A stretch of 63,208 bases of DNA, filler included, from an uncultured Methanosarcinales archaeon (lineage in GTDB: Archaea > Nanobdellota > Nanobdellia > Woesearchaeales > JACPBV01), in the NCBI GenBank assembly GCA_964492935.1. It is 3 parts of 3 records of this genome, joined end to end, with 100 filler letters (N's around TTAATTAATTAA, not from the genome) between each part and the next. Parts side by side here need not be neighbours in the genome. Positions count along the whole stretch, not along the records: positions 30,733 to 59,978 come from CAZBLF010000013.1; 2 more parts are not named here. One strand, given 5' to 3'. The notes under the pieces are model-generated. The model saw nothing but the letters and a program-made list of their open reading frames with translations. It was not told where the DNA came from and searched no databases. Made by a program: the position numbers and the translations under genes. Shown here in pieces: positions 37,990 to 47,960 of this stretch. Within the stretch, counting starts at the first letter, position 1; each line of letters opens with the position of its first letter.

Positions 37990-39652
37990 TAATAGCACCA
38001 GTAGAAGCACTAGAAACCAATTTCGCATACTTATACAACGCACCGCTCTTATACTTGATTTCCTTTTTCTTCCAATCCTTAAGACGTGAAGCAATCTCAT
38101 CATCAGACAACTCAACATGCAACAATTTCTCTCCAGAATCAATAGTAATCATATCTCCATCCCTTACAGCAGCAATCACACCCTTCTCCTGAGCCTCTGG
38201 AGTAACATGTCCAACAACAATCCCATGCGATCCACCAGAAAACCGTCCATCAGTAATCAAACCAACCTTCTTATGCAATCCTCGTCCAGCCAATGCAGCA
38301 GTAGGACTTAACATCTCCCTCATCCCGGGACCGCCTTTCGGACCTTCATAACGAATAACAATAGTATCACCCTCAACCACGCTACCATCCAAAATAGCCT
38401 TCAGACAATCCTCCTCGTTCTCATAAACGCGAGCAGGACCCGTATGACTAACCGTGTCTAAACCACACGTCTTCAACACAGCCCCATCCGAAGCCAAATT
38501 ACCTTTCAAAATCATAAAGGAACCGCGACTCTTAACGGGATCTGAAAGAGCATGAACAACATCCTGACCTTCTAGCTTAACCGAAACATCAGCAAGATTC
38601 TCAGCAACCGTCTTTCCCGTAACCGTCATGCAATCTCCATGCAATAGCTTAGCTTCAAGCAACATCTTCATCACCATCTGCACCCCGCCTGCTTTATCCA
38701 AATCAGTCATCACATACTTCCCAGCCGGCTTCATATCAGCAACCGTTGGAGTTGAATCTGAAAACGCATTAAACTCATCAATAGATAGATCAACTTCAGC
38801 TTCACGAGCAAGAGCAAGTAAATGTAATGCAGCATTAGTACTGCCTCCTAAAGCCATAACCACACGAATCGCATTCTCAAATGCCTTTTTCGTCATAATA
38901 TCACGAGGCCTAATACCGTTCTCAATCAATGCAACCAAAGCCTTGCCAGAATCCTCCATCATCTGTTCCATACGCTTGCCTTCAGCAGGCAAAGAAGCAT
39001 TACCTGTTAGCGACATCCCAATTGCCTCCATAGCAGAGCTCATCGTATTAGCAGTATACATCCCACCGCAAGCCCCAGCTCCCGGACAGGCAGAACATTC
39101 AACCTCTTTAGCATCTTCCTCAGTCATTTTTCCAGGCGCTACACTACCAACAGCCTCAAACGCAGAAACAATATCAATATCTTTTCCCTTATACTTTCCA
39201 GGCGCAATCGTCCCGCCATACACAAAGATCGACGGAATATTAAGACGAGCCATCGGCATAACTGAACCAGGAATCGTTTTATCACAAGCCCCAATACCTA
39301 AGATAGCATCAAATTGATGTCCACGACTAACTAATTCAATAGTATCTGCAATAACTTCACGAGAAATCAAAGAACACTTCATCCCCTCATGACCCATAGC
39401 CTCGCCATCAGTCACAATAAACGTGTTATACTTCATGGCGTACCCGCCACTCGCCTTTACACCATTTTTAGCGTGCACCGCCAATCCATCAAGATGCATA
39501 TTACAAGGCGAAACCTCAGAACCAGCACTTGCTACACCAATTAAAGGCTTAGAAAAATCAGCATCCTTCATCCCTGCAGCCCGCAACATAGCCCGATTAG
39601 GAAGTCTTTCAATCCCAGCAGTCATCGTCTTTGAAGTAGCATTCATTTCCAT
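37982..39652 (-). CDS. ilvD: Dihydroxy-acid dehydratase
   Basis: PCNMHL, CDKT.PG, CGGMYTANTM, GPGMREM, TDGRFSG. Confidence 0.95.
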   Translation of the reverse strand: MEMNATSKTMTAGIERLPNRAMLRAAGMKDADFSKPLIGVASAGSEVSPCNMHLDGLAVHAKNGVKASGGYAMKYNTFIVTDGEAMGHEGMKCSLISREVIADTIELVSRGHQFDAILGIGACDKTIPGSVMPMARLNIPSIFVYGGTIAPGKYKGKDIDIVSAFEAVGSVAPGKMTEEDAKEVECSACPGAGACGGMYTANTMSSAMEAIGMSLTGNASLPAEGKRMEQMMEDSGKALVALIENGIRPRDIMTKKAFENAIRVVMALGGSTNAALHLLALAREAEVDLSIDEFNAFSDSTPTVADMKPAGKYVMTDLDKAGGVQMVMKMLLEAKLLHGDCMTVTGKTVAENLADVSVKLEGQDVVHALSDPVKSRGSFMILKGNLASDGAVLKTCGLDTVSHTGPARVYENEEDCLKAILDGSVVEGDTIVIRYEGPKGGPGMREMLSPTAALAGRGLHKKVGLITDGRFSGGSHGIVVGHVTPEAQEKGVIAAVRDGDMITIDSGEKLLHVELSDDEIASRLKDWKKKEIKYKSGALYKYAKLVSSASTGAITS

Positions 39653-39696
39653 ACTACCTTCGATTGCTACTTAATTTAAAAAGCTTTCTCAGAATA

Positions 39697-39830
39697 GTAT
39701 GTGCATAGCACCTTCGAAATTCTTGCTCTTGACTTCTGAAGGTGCTGCGTCCCCGGATGGGGCAACCCCGCGCAACGCACTTAATTCTGAGGTATCAATG
39801 AATTTCGACCTGGTGATGCTATGCACATAC
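39697..39830. mobile_element. Fold-back MITE-like/structured element, copy 2, 14-bp perfect terminal inverted repeats, 8-bp direct repeat TCAGAATA
   Basis: GTATGTGCATAGCA...TGCTATGCACATAC; direct repeats at 39689-39696 and 39831-39838; ends shared with copy 1. Confidence 0.75.
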
Positions 39831-39840
39831 TCAGAATAAG

Positions 39841-40449
39841 CTATTCCTTAAAACCAGAAACATAACCCAAAGAACTAGCAATCTTAGCAACATCTTCTTT
39901 CCCATCTAACAACAGAGAAGTCGAATCCCACGTACCCTCAAGCAACGCCTTCCGAGACGAAGAAACCATCGAACCATTCACCGATTTACCAGCATAAATA
40001 ACCTGCTGCTTCTCCGCATCTAGAGTAATAGCTTCAGTAGGATGCGAATCAATAAACGACATCAACTCAGTTATCTCTGAATGAGACAACACAAGAGTAG
40101 GAATTCCCAACATCGTACAATTGCCGGCAAAGATTTCAGCAAAACTTTCACCGATAACAGCCTTAATCCCCCACCGCAATAACGACTGAGGAGCGTGCTC
40201 ACGCGAACTACCACACCCAAAGTTCTTATTCACAACAAGAATAGAAGCCTTTGAAAACTTTTCATCATTAAACGGATGCTCTTTCTTATTGCCCTCAGCA
40301 TCATGACGAGCATCGTGAAATGCATACTGTCCTAAGGGAGCAAACGTAACCTCTTTCATATAGCGAGCCGGAATAATTCTATCAGTATCAATATCATTAC
40401 CGCGAACAAAGATACCCGAACCCTCAACCTCAGATATCAATTCAACCAA
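39841..40449 (-). CDS. leuD: 3-isopropylmalate dehydratase small subunit
   Basis: [26 protein letters not shown]. Confidence 0.95.
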   Translation of the reverse strand: MVELISEVEGSGIFVRGNDIDTDRIIPARYMKEVTFAPLGQYAFHDARHDAEGNKKEHPFNDEKFSKASILVVNKNFGCGSSREHAPQSLLRWGIKAVIGESFAEIFAGNCTMLGIPTLVLSHSEITELMSFIDSHPTEAITLDAEKQQVIYAGKSVNGSMVSSSRKALLEGTWDSTSLLLDGKEDVAKIASSLGYVSGFKE

Positions 40450-41845
40450 GATGATCCCTCACATCAACAACAGAACCATGCAAAGCAGCAAGAGCAACCA
40501 TAGCCGGGCTCATAAGTAATGTTCTACCCGTAGGACTACCCTGTCTACCAATAAAATTACGATTAGAAGACGAAGCACACAACTGATCACCCTTCAATTT
40601 ATCAGGATTCATTGCCAAACACATTGAACATCCAGCAGCACGCCACTCAAAACCAGCACGAGTAAAAATACCATCCAATCCTTCAGCCTCTGCAGCTTTT
40701 TTTACTTGCTGCGAACCAGGAACAACAATCGCTTTCACATGTGAAGCAACTTTACCTCCCTTAATCATCTTAGCAGCCTCTCGTAAATCAGATAACCGAC
40801 CATTAGTACAAGAACCAATAAACGCAACATCGATCTTCTTACCCAATAGAGTATCACCCTCAGCAAACTGCATATGCTCAAGTGCTTGTGTAACCGTCAA
40901 CTGATCATCCGAAGAAAAACTCTCCACAGCAGGAATCTTCTCAGAAATACCCATCGCCTGACCAGGAGTAATCCCCCAAGTCACCGTAGGTTCAATAGAC
41001 GAACCATCAAACTCAACCATATCGTCATAGGAAGCATCAGAATCAGAACTAACAGACTTCCAATACTGCAAAGCCCGCTCATAGGAAGCATCCTTAGGAG
41101 CATACTCACGACCCTGCAAATAAGCAAACGTCTTTTCGTCTGGATTAACGTACCCGCACTTAGCGCCACCCTCAATCGTCATATTACACAATGTCATCCG
41201 TTCCTCCATCGACATTGCTTCAATAGCAGAACCACCATACTCATACGCATACCCAATTCCACCATTCACGCCTAACTTACGAATAATAGCAAGAATAACA
41301 TCCTTAGCATACACTCCAGCATGTAGCGTTCCATTCACCACAATACGTCTAACTTTAGGCTTATTAATAGCCAGACACTGTGTAGCAAGTACATCACGAA
41401 CCTGCGATGTACCAATACCTAAAGCAATAGCACCAAACGCACCGTGTGTTGACGTATGACTATCTCCACACACAATCGTCATCCCCGGCTGAGTTAATCC
41501 TAGTTCAGGTCCAACAATATGCACCACACCTTGATTAACTGAAGTAGTATCAAATAACGTAATTCCAAATTCAGCAGCATTTTTCTCAATCTCCTGCATC
41601 ATGTTCTCAGCAAGCGCATCAGAAAAAGGACGTTTAGTCTCATCAGTAGGCACAATATGATCCACCGTAGCAATCGTACGATCAGGATAAGCAACCGTCA
41701 ACGAACGCTCCCGCAACATCTGAAAGGCCTGCGGCGAAGTAACTTCATGAATAAGATGCAATCCAATAAAAAGCTGAGTCTGCCCTGTAGGCAACTCACG
41801 AACAACGTGCTTTTCCCAGACCTTATTAAACAGATTCTCACCCAT
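40442..41845 (-). CDS. leuC: 3-isopropylmalate dehydratase large subunit
   Basis: [40 protein letters not shown]. Confidence 0.95.
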   Translation of the reverse strand: MGENLFNKVWEKHVVRELPTGQTQLFIGLHLIHEVTSPQAFQMLRERSLTVAYPDRTIATVDHIVPTDETKRPFSDALAENMMQEIEKNAAEFGITLFDTTSVNQGVVHIVGPELGLTQPGMTIVCGDSHTSTHGAFGAIALGIGTSQVRDVLATQCLAINKPKVRRIVVNGTLHAGVYAKDVILAIIRKLGVNGGIGYAYEYGGSAIEAMSMEERMTLCNMTIEGGAKCGYVNPDEKTFAYLQGREYAPKDASYERALQYWKSVSSDSDASYDDMVEFDGSSIEPTVTWGITPGQAMGISEKIPAVESFSSDDQLTVTQALEHMQFAEGDTLLGKKIDVAFIGSCTNGRLSDLREAAKMIKGGKVASHVKAIVVPGSQQVKKAAEAEGLDGIFTRAGFEWRAAGCSMCLAMNPDKLKGDQLCASSSNRNFIGRQGSPTGRTLLMSPAMVALAALHGSVVDVRDHLG

Positions 41846-41926
41846 AAAAAGCAAGAAACAGAACCATCTTTTAAAGATTACCTTCCAAACACAAAAATTT
41901 ATAAACCGGTTAACTATAAAGCAACT

Positions 41927-42459
41927 ATGCAGCTAAAATGCATTCTAATTGGAGTAATAGCACTATCCATAATCGGCTGCACCACAGAACAATCAATCCC
42001 TGAAGCAAAGGCACTTGACAACATCATCGACACTGCCTTCGAAGATCTGCCAGAACCTCAACTCTCGCCACCAACAAAAGAACCAACAACAATCTCAATC
42101 AACGGAGCATTTATCCCAGAAACAGTAACATTACTGCTGGAGAGGAAGTAACCTGGCAGTCAAATGACGACAAATCCCACAAGATTTCATGCTACGCATT
42201 AAGAACAAGAGTCCTCCAAAGCCAGCTCATGGAAAAAGGAGACTCATTTACCCACACATTCGATCTTCGCGGCGAGCAATTATGCGTAGATGCCATTTTC
42301 GGCCATCGCGGAACCGTCATCGTACAACCAAGAGTCATCAACGGAATAACCGGAAACGTCATCGGAGCAACCGGCAACCCCCCACCGATCGGTGTAACTA
42401 TCTTATTGTTAGGAATGCTAGTAGCATTCTCTCAAATAGCTATTTTCTATAGAAAATAA
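41927..42459 (+). pseudogene. Cupredoxin-fold-like exported membrane protein with a frameshift near 42130
   Basis: MQLKC..IIGC...FIPETVT continues in another frame as ITAGEEVTW...GDSFTHTF...GTVIV plus a C-terminal TM. Confidence 0.6.
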
Positions 42460-42512
42460 CTCAGATATGACTATCTGAGGGATTAAAAATCTCTAAGGGA
42501 TTTTCAATAAAG

Positions 42513-43943
42513 CTAATTACGTCTTCGTCCGCCAAAGCGTCTAGGTCCGGAACCACCTTCTGAAGAACCGCCAGAGCTTCTACCACGGAAACCACTAGAT
42601 GAGCCGCCGGATGAGCTACCAGAGCTTCTACCACGGAAACCACTAGAGCTACCTGAGGAACTTCCAGATGATCTTCCTCTGAAACCACTAGATGAACCGC
42701 TAGAGCTTCTGCCTCTGAAGCCGCCTGAAGATCCGCCTCTAGATCCGCCAGAGCTTCTGCCTCTGAAGCCGCCTCTAGATCCGCCTCTGAAGCCGCCACG
42801 ACCAGAAGGTTCGGGATGTTTAGCGAAAACACGCTCAACTTGCGGCATCTCCAACTTTTCAATGGTGTAATCACGGTGTTCGCTCTGAATACGTGAGAAA
42901 TTATCGTAATCATACTCGCAGATAATGTTGACAACCTTACCATCCTCTCCAGCTCGTGCCGTTCGACCAATTCTATGGACATAATCGGTTGAATCCGGAG
43001 GAATCTCGTAGTTATACACGTGAGAAACATTATCAATGTGCAATCCACGTGCAGCAACATCAGTGCATACTAAAACATGCGCCTTGTTACCGTTAAACAT
43101 GTCAAGCATCTTACTTCTTTTATTTTGAGTAAATCCGCCGTGGATAGCCACTGCATCAACCTTATTCGTCTTCAAATTCGAAACAACAAAATCAGTGGTT
43201 CTACGAGTGTTACAAAAGACCATCACCAATCCAGATTCCTCTTTCGATAACAAATGAACAAGCAACGACAATTTAACATTCTTCGGTGAATCGTAGTAGA
43301 CCTGCTTCAACTTTGAAGGATCAACCATCTTTACACCCTTAACTTCGGTATACTCATGCATGTGATGATTTCCTAAGTTACGAATTGTCTGCGAAATAGT
43401 AGCAGAAAAGAATAACGTCTGGCGTTCTTTTGGACACTGACTGATAATTCTCTCAACGTCGTCAATGAAACCCATATCCAACATTCTGTCAGCCTCATCA
43501 AGAGTCAATAACATAATCTTAGAAAGATTAAGTGTACCTCGCTCTAAATGATCAAGTAATCTTCCAGGCGTTCCCACAACAACGTCCGCTTTTGGCAAAC
43601 CATGAATCTGGGGTCCAATCCCTACTCCACCATAAATGGTGATAATATTCAAATGCTTACTACCTGAAAATAAGTTCAATTCATTTTTAACCTGTTCAGC
43701 AAGTTCTCGAGTTGGAGTCAAAACAAGAGCCTGTAAACCCTGTCCGGGTACAACACGCTCAATAATGCCACATCCGAAAGCCAACGTCTTACCTGAGCCG
43801 GTTGCACTCTCTCCAATAACATCTTTTCCTTCAATAATAAGAGGAATCGTATCACTCTGAATCTTTGTAGGTTCAGTAATACCTTTCTTCTCAATCGTCT
43901 CTAATAGTTCTTGGCTTAGGCCAAATTCTTTAAATACATTCAT
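42513..43943 (-). CDS. DEAD-box RNA helicase with Gly/Ser/Arg repeat tail
   Basis: ATGSGKT, PTRELA, DEAD, SAT, ARGL, HRIGRTAR. Confidence 0.95.
   Translation of the reverse strand: MNVFKEFGLSQELLETIEKKGITEPTKIQSDTIPLIIEGKDVIGESATGSGKTLAFGCGIIERVVPGQGLQALVLTPTRELAEQVKNELNLFSGSKHLNIITIYGGVGIGPQIHGLPKADVVVGTPGRLLDHLERGTLNLSKIMLLTLDEADRMLDMGFIDDVERIISQCPKERQTLFFSATISQTIRNLGNHHMHEYTEVKGVKMVDPSKLKQVYYDSPKNVKLSLLVHLLSKEESGLVMVFCNTRRTTDFVVSNLKTNKVDAVAIHGGFTQNKRSKMLDMFNGNKAHVLVCTDVAARGLHIDNVSHVYNYEIPPDSTDYVHRIGRTARAGEDGKVVNIICEYDYDNFSRIQSEHRDYTIEKLEMPQVERVFAKHPEPSGRGGFRGGSRGGFRGRSSGGSRGGSSGGFRGRSSSGSSSGFRGRSSGSSSGSSSGFRGRSSGSSSGGSSSGFRGRSSGGSSEGGSGPRRFGGRRRN
42545..42800 (-). repeat. Coding tandem repeat SSG(G/S)..GFRGR in the helicase tail
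   Basis: About seven GFRG units visible in protein and DNA. Confidence 0.85.
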
Positions 43944-44137
43944 TTCATTCACCTTATTGTAAAGCACTTCCTAAGAAAAAGCAAAATGATCGCTTTGAGC
44001 AGGTGCTTTCTCTTCCCTTCGTACTCTTGTAAAGAGGAAAAGCGATGGACTCTTTATAAAGCTATCTGATAGGAATTCTACTCCCCTAAAGAAGATATGT
44101 AGAAAGTAATTAATAGTAAACAACTCAGAAAGCATAT

Positions 44138-44710
44138 ATGAAAAAAAGAACGAGAAAGATCATCGGATTTTCGGTCGTGATTATTGTCCTGCTTTCACTG
44201 GTAACACTCTTATTCTTTGTAAATCCAGAGGAGTTAGTTAGAAAAATTGGCGTAAGAAATGAGTATATCCTTGCTTTCGTTGTTTCTTTTTTCGGTGGCT
44301 TTTCTGCAGGAGGCTCCTTCTCATTCATTGGCCTCCTAATTACGCTAGTTGCAGGAGGATTACATCCGATATCCCTGGGAGTCATAGCAGGAATCAGTCT
44401 AGCTATCGGAGACACTCTCATGTTTTACATTGGCTCTCAAGGTCGGCAGCTAGTAGAAGGAGACTGGGATAAAAAAATAGCAAAGATCGCAAAGATATTC
44501 GAAAAAAGAGCCTGGCTAAAAAAGCTAACTCCCTTGATCGCCTATCTGTACATGGGATTCCTACCGCTGCCAAACGATATTCTGATTCTCTTTCTTGCAG
44601 CCATAAAATATCCTCCTAGAAAAATGAACTGCATCATTATCGCAGGAGACATTACCTTCGCCCTAATGATTACATTACTAGCTGCAAAAGGCATCACTCT
44701 TTTTGCGTAA
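44138..44710 (+). CDS. Membrane protein, DedA/VTT-like
   Basis: Hydrophobic; GD...FYIG..GR and PLPND motifs. Confidence 0.7.
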   Translation: MKKRTRKIIGFSVVIIVLLSLVTLLFFVNPEELVRKIGVRNEYILAFVVSFFGGFSAGGSFSFIGLLITLVAGGLHPISLGVIAGISLAIGDTLMFYIGSQGRQLVEGDWDKKIAKIAKIFEKRAWLKKLTPLIAYLYMGFLPLPNDILILFLAAIKYPPRKMNCIIIAGDITFALMITLLAAKGITLFA

Positions 44711-45874
44711 TCAAGTCCTCAAAGCGCCATCCCATTTCTTAACCATGTAGGAAAGCAAGAACGGAACAATAAACTTAAACAGGACAGTAGTCCCAACCAA
44801 GACCGAATACAATTCTATCGGGATTAAACCACGCTCAAACAACAACTTAATAATCACAATACTTGTACTGAACTTCACCGTTAAACTTACACCCAAGAAC
44901 AACGCCTGTTTCTTACCGAGCAACTTTCTGCCCATAAGATAACTAGTGATAATCTTTGTAGCATTAATCATCAGTATCAAACCAACAAGCAACAACGGAT
45001 ACTTCAGCAAATAATACACGTTCGTATCCAGACCAACCCACACAAAAAAGATAGGGGCGAATAAACCATATGATAACGTTCGCATCTCCTGCTCCACAAC
45101 CTTCAACTTATGGTTCGGAATAAAGTTACGCAACGACATTCCTGCCAACATCGCGCCAACCGCTCCAGCTCCAACCAACGCACCAATCCCAATAAAGGCA
45201 AAGGCAAAGAACACCACAAACAAAAAGAACGAAGAAATACCCTTAAACTGTATTTTCGAAGCCTTATTCTCCAATTTAGCGAAGACAAATGCAAGTGCAA
45301 ACAGAAAACCAAGCACCAACAACGTCAGCGAAACCCGAGTACCCTCGAAACCGAGCGTACCTGCAAGAATCGCACTCAATGCAATGATAGTAGTAACCTC
45401 AATAATATCGTCCAGTACCCCAATTCCAATGATCGTCTGACCTAAAGGAGTTTTCGTCAATCTAAATTCATCTAAGATAGGAATTAACACCGCCTCCCCT
45501 ACCGTAGCAAACGATAACGCAACCAAAACCGAAATCAACCAGGGAACATCGAATAAATAATGAACGAAAAACGATCCAAATAAACCCTCCGCTAAGATAA
45601 TGGCCAACGTCGTCTTGAAAATAAAGCCTTTTCGCCGCCTAATCTCACTAAAATCAATCTCAAATCCAATAATAAACAACAAGAAATACATCCCCAATTC
45701 AGCCATCGTAATAAAGCTTTCAGAAGACGTAATTTCAGTAAAGGGATTAATAAATGCCAACACTAAACCAATCAACAAAGCAGAAAAGATCCACGGAATC
45801 TTAATCCTTTCAAGTAATCTTCCAACAAGGAACGTCACCAGAAAGACTCCCGCTAAAAATAAAATAATCCCCAT
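44711..45874 (-). CDS. Cation:proton antiporter (CPA2-like)
   Basis: About 12 TM; LLF.IG.E.D, GVLDD, F.PIFF..VG. Confidence 0.88.
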   Translation of the reverse strand: MGIILFLAGVFLVTFLVGRLLERIKIPWIFSALLIGLVLAFINPFTEITSSESFITMAELGMYFLLFIIGFEIDFSEIRRRKGFIFKTTLAIILAEGLFGSFFVHYLFDVPWLISVLVALSFATVGEAVLIPILDEFRLTKTPLGQTIIGIGVLDDIIEVTTIIALSAILAGTLGFEGTRVSLTLLVLGFLFALAFVFAKLENKASKIQFKGISSFFLFVVFFAFAFIGIGALVGAGAVGAMLAGMSLRNFIPNHKLKVVEQEMRTLSYGLFAPIFFVWVGLDTNVYYLLKYPLLLVGLILMINATKIITSYLMGRKLLGKKQALFLGVSLTVKFSTSIVIIKLLFERGLIPIELYSVLVGTTVLFKFIVPFLLSYMVKKWDGALRT

Positions 45875-46317
45875 TAGGCGAGTAACCCCAGCACAACCCC
45901 AAAGACAAGGTGCAACATCAATGTAAGCACCGGTGCCTTACCGCCAATCTTCTTCATAAATATTCCCTGACCCATCATCGGCATCATCACCAACATCATA
46001 GCAAGCCATAGATAGATACCCAACACCACCGCCTGAGCCAATACACCCGAAACAAGAAATATGCCAGATCCCTTCAAAAAGACGAAAACAATCCCAGAAA
46101 CAATGCCCATCGCCATATGCATAGACTTCCCTGCAGCCTGTCTCTTCGCTTCAGAAGAGCCATCACCAAGAACAAGAGAACCCATCATCAACGGCAAATT
46201 AAACATCGCCGGCATCATACCTGATTTTTTTGCTATCCTCATCAACAACGTCATCGCAATGACTGCAATAAACCCTGCAAACGCTCCGTTAAGAATCATA
46301 TTTGAAAAGACTGCCAT
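45874..46317 (-). CDS. Four-TM membrane protein
   Basis: AMT, H...G and HLVFG motifs; abuts antiporter. Confidence 0.7.
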   Translation of the reverse strand: MAVFSNMILNGAFAGFIAVIAMTLLMRIAKKSGMMPAMFNLPLMMGSLVLGDGSSEAKRQAAGKSMHMAMGIVSGIVFVFLKGSGIFLVSGVLAQAVVLGIYLWLAMMLVMMPMMGQGIFMKKIGGKAPVLTLMLHLVFGVVLGLLA

Positions 46318-46379
46318 ACCATCACCCAAACCCCTCTAGAAAAAATGCATATATAAATCTTACCTAAATCAAGAGTAAA

Positions 46380-46529
46380 CTAGCCATCACCAGTCCTCTT
46401 AATCAAGAATGCACCACAATGATGCCGCCCCATATCCAAATCATGAAATGCAAACGGACATCCAACACTATCCAAATGTCTGCACCTCTGGCAGTTCCTT
46501 GTAGACGTCTTTGTATCTATCTTCTTCAT
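46380..46529 (-). CDS. Small Cys-rich protein, 49 aa
   Basis: MKKIDTKTSTRNCQRCRHLDSVGCPFAFHDLDMGRHHC; GAGG upstream. Confidence 0.5.
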   Translation of the reverse strand: MKKIDTKTSTRNCQRCRHLDSVGCPFAFHDLDMGRHHCGAFLIKRTGDG

Positions 46530-46650
46530 TGTGTTGCCCTCTGCGCAAAAAAACGCCGGCATTAAACCAGCAGAACTACTAAAAGAATACATACACTCAC
46601 TCGAATAACTGCTAACATATCACCAAACAAAGAGAACGATTATTTAAAGG

Positions 46651-47097
46651 TTACTGTCTACCCCTGTAGCGCGTTGAACTCACTTCAAAAAAATCAGTAG
46701 ACAATAAAGCAGGATCATAACCTATCTCTCTGAGCGCATTAAGAAGGTAATCTTTCCTCGCAATAGCAACAAGCGCTCTCAAATCAGTATGAAGATGTTG
46801 TCCATCCTCATCTTCCTCCAAAAGATGGTAGGCTAAATCACCAACATGCTCCCTCCAATGAGGCATAAATGAACCCAATTCCACCGCATCTTTTTCCTTT
46901 CGAATAATAGGGACTTGCCCTGAATTATTAATCACTACAAGAGGACCACTTCCCACCATAGCTGTCGGCAAAGAGTCTCCAGAAAAATTTACTTCCGCGT
47001 TCTGTACATCATCCAAAGTAAAATTTCCTCCAACATGGATATAGGGAACTGCTATTGTAGACGGCTTTTCTAGTATAGATTCATCTTTCATACCCAT
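46651..47097 (-). CDS. Hypothetical protein
   Basis: 148-aa ORF with TATA-like box upstream. Confidence 0.55.
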   Translation of the reverse strand: MGMKDESILEKPSTIAVPYIHVGGNFTLDDVQNAEVNFSGDSLPTAMVGSGPLVVINNSGQVPIIRKEKDAVELGSFMPHWREHVGDLAYHLLEEDEDGQHLHTDLRALVAIARKDYLLNALREIGYDPALLSTDFFEVSSTRYRGRQ

Positions 47098-47122
47098 CCA
47101 GAGTCAACCTACACTTAAAAAG

Positions 47123-47866
47123 CTATCCTATTAACAACTTCACAGCCATCAACCCAACGACAACGTAAAAAAGACCTCGCACCCACGCATCTCCTTTCTT
47201 GAGAGCATAATGAGCACCTAAAAAAGAGCCAATAAACATCGAAATAAATAAGACGGCTCCCGGCCCCCACAACAGAAGATCATTCAACCAGAACACAATC
47301 AAGGCAGGAATCGATATACCAAATCCGATGATCTTCATCGTGCCTGCAGATTCTAAAAAGGTCTTCCCAAAAAAGAAGAGCAACGCATACAGCAACAATG
47401 TTCCAGTCCCTCCAGAAAAAATGCCGCCCCAAATACTGATGAGAAACACCGCAAGATATCCTAACACCTTCCACGCACCACCCATACCCTTACCCGTAAT
47501 CCCTACATCCTTTTTAGCAACCAAAACGATGAGCAGAGCCAAAATAACATATCCTATAAAGCGCTCAATAAAAGCAGAGCTCAAACTCACCAGGATGTTG
47601 GCTCCAATTAATGAGCCCAGTACCGCCAATCCCAATAACGGCCATCCAATACCATAATCAATCTTTTTTGCATGATGAAAGCGAATAAATCCTCCTACCG
47701 TCAATCCAAAACCTCCGAGTAAATGAGTAGCAATCGCTACCTTCGGATCTAATCCCACGAACACCAACACCGGAAACGTCAGCAATCCTCCCCCACCGAC
47801 ATTCGTGCCTACAAAAGCACCGATAAGACCAGCCAAAAAAATAAAGAGTAAAGATAAAAGCTCCAT
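47123..47866 (-). CDS. Sulfite exporter TauE/SafE family protein
   Basis: GTNVGGGG..TFP and GG.FSGGTG duplicated halves; about 8 TM. Confidence 0.9.
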   Translation of the reverse strand: MELLSLLFIFLAGLIGAFVGTNVGGGGLLTFPVLVFVGLDPKVAIATHLLGGFGLTVGGFIRFHHAKKIDYGIGWPLLGLAVLGSLIGANILVSLSSAFIERFIGYVILALLIVLVAKKDVGITGKGMGGAWKVLGYLAVFLISIWGGIFSGGTGTLLLYALLFFFGKTFLESAGTMKIIGFGISIPALIVFWLNDLLLWGPGAVLFISMFIGSFLGAHYALKKGDAWVRGLFYVVVGLMAVKLLIG

Positions 47867-47960
47867 AACAAGAATAAATGAATTCGGTATATAAAACTAA
47901 TCCTCAATTCTATATAATCTCTATAACAATGTTTATAAACCCAATAACCAAAATCAAGAC

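Noticed and set aside
38628..39317. Long antisense ORFs over ilvD, PCNA (27175-27801) and the ATPase (6185-6892)
   Set aside because: Antisense to well-supported genes with no motifs; expected from codon bias.
42461..43060. 199-aa ORF with EALA repeats
   Set aside because: Alternative frame of the helicase repeat tail.
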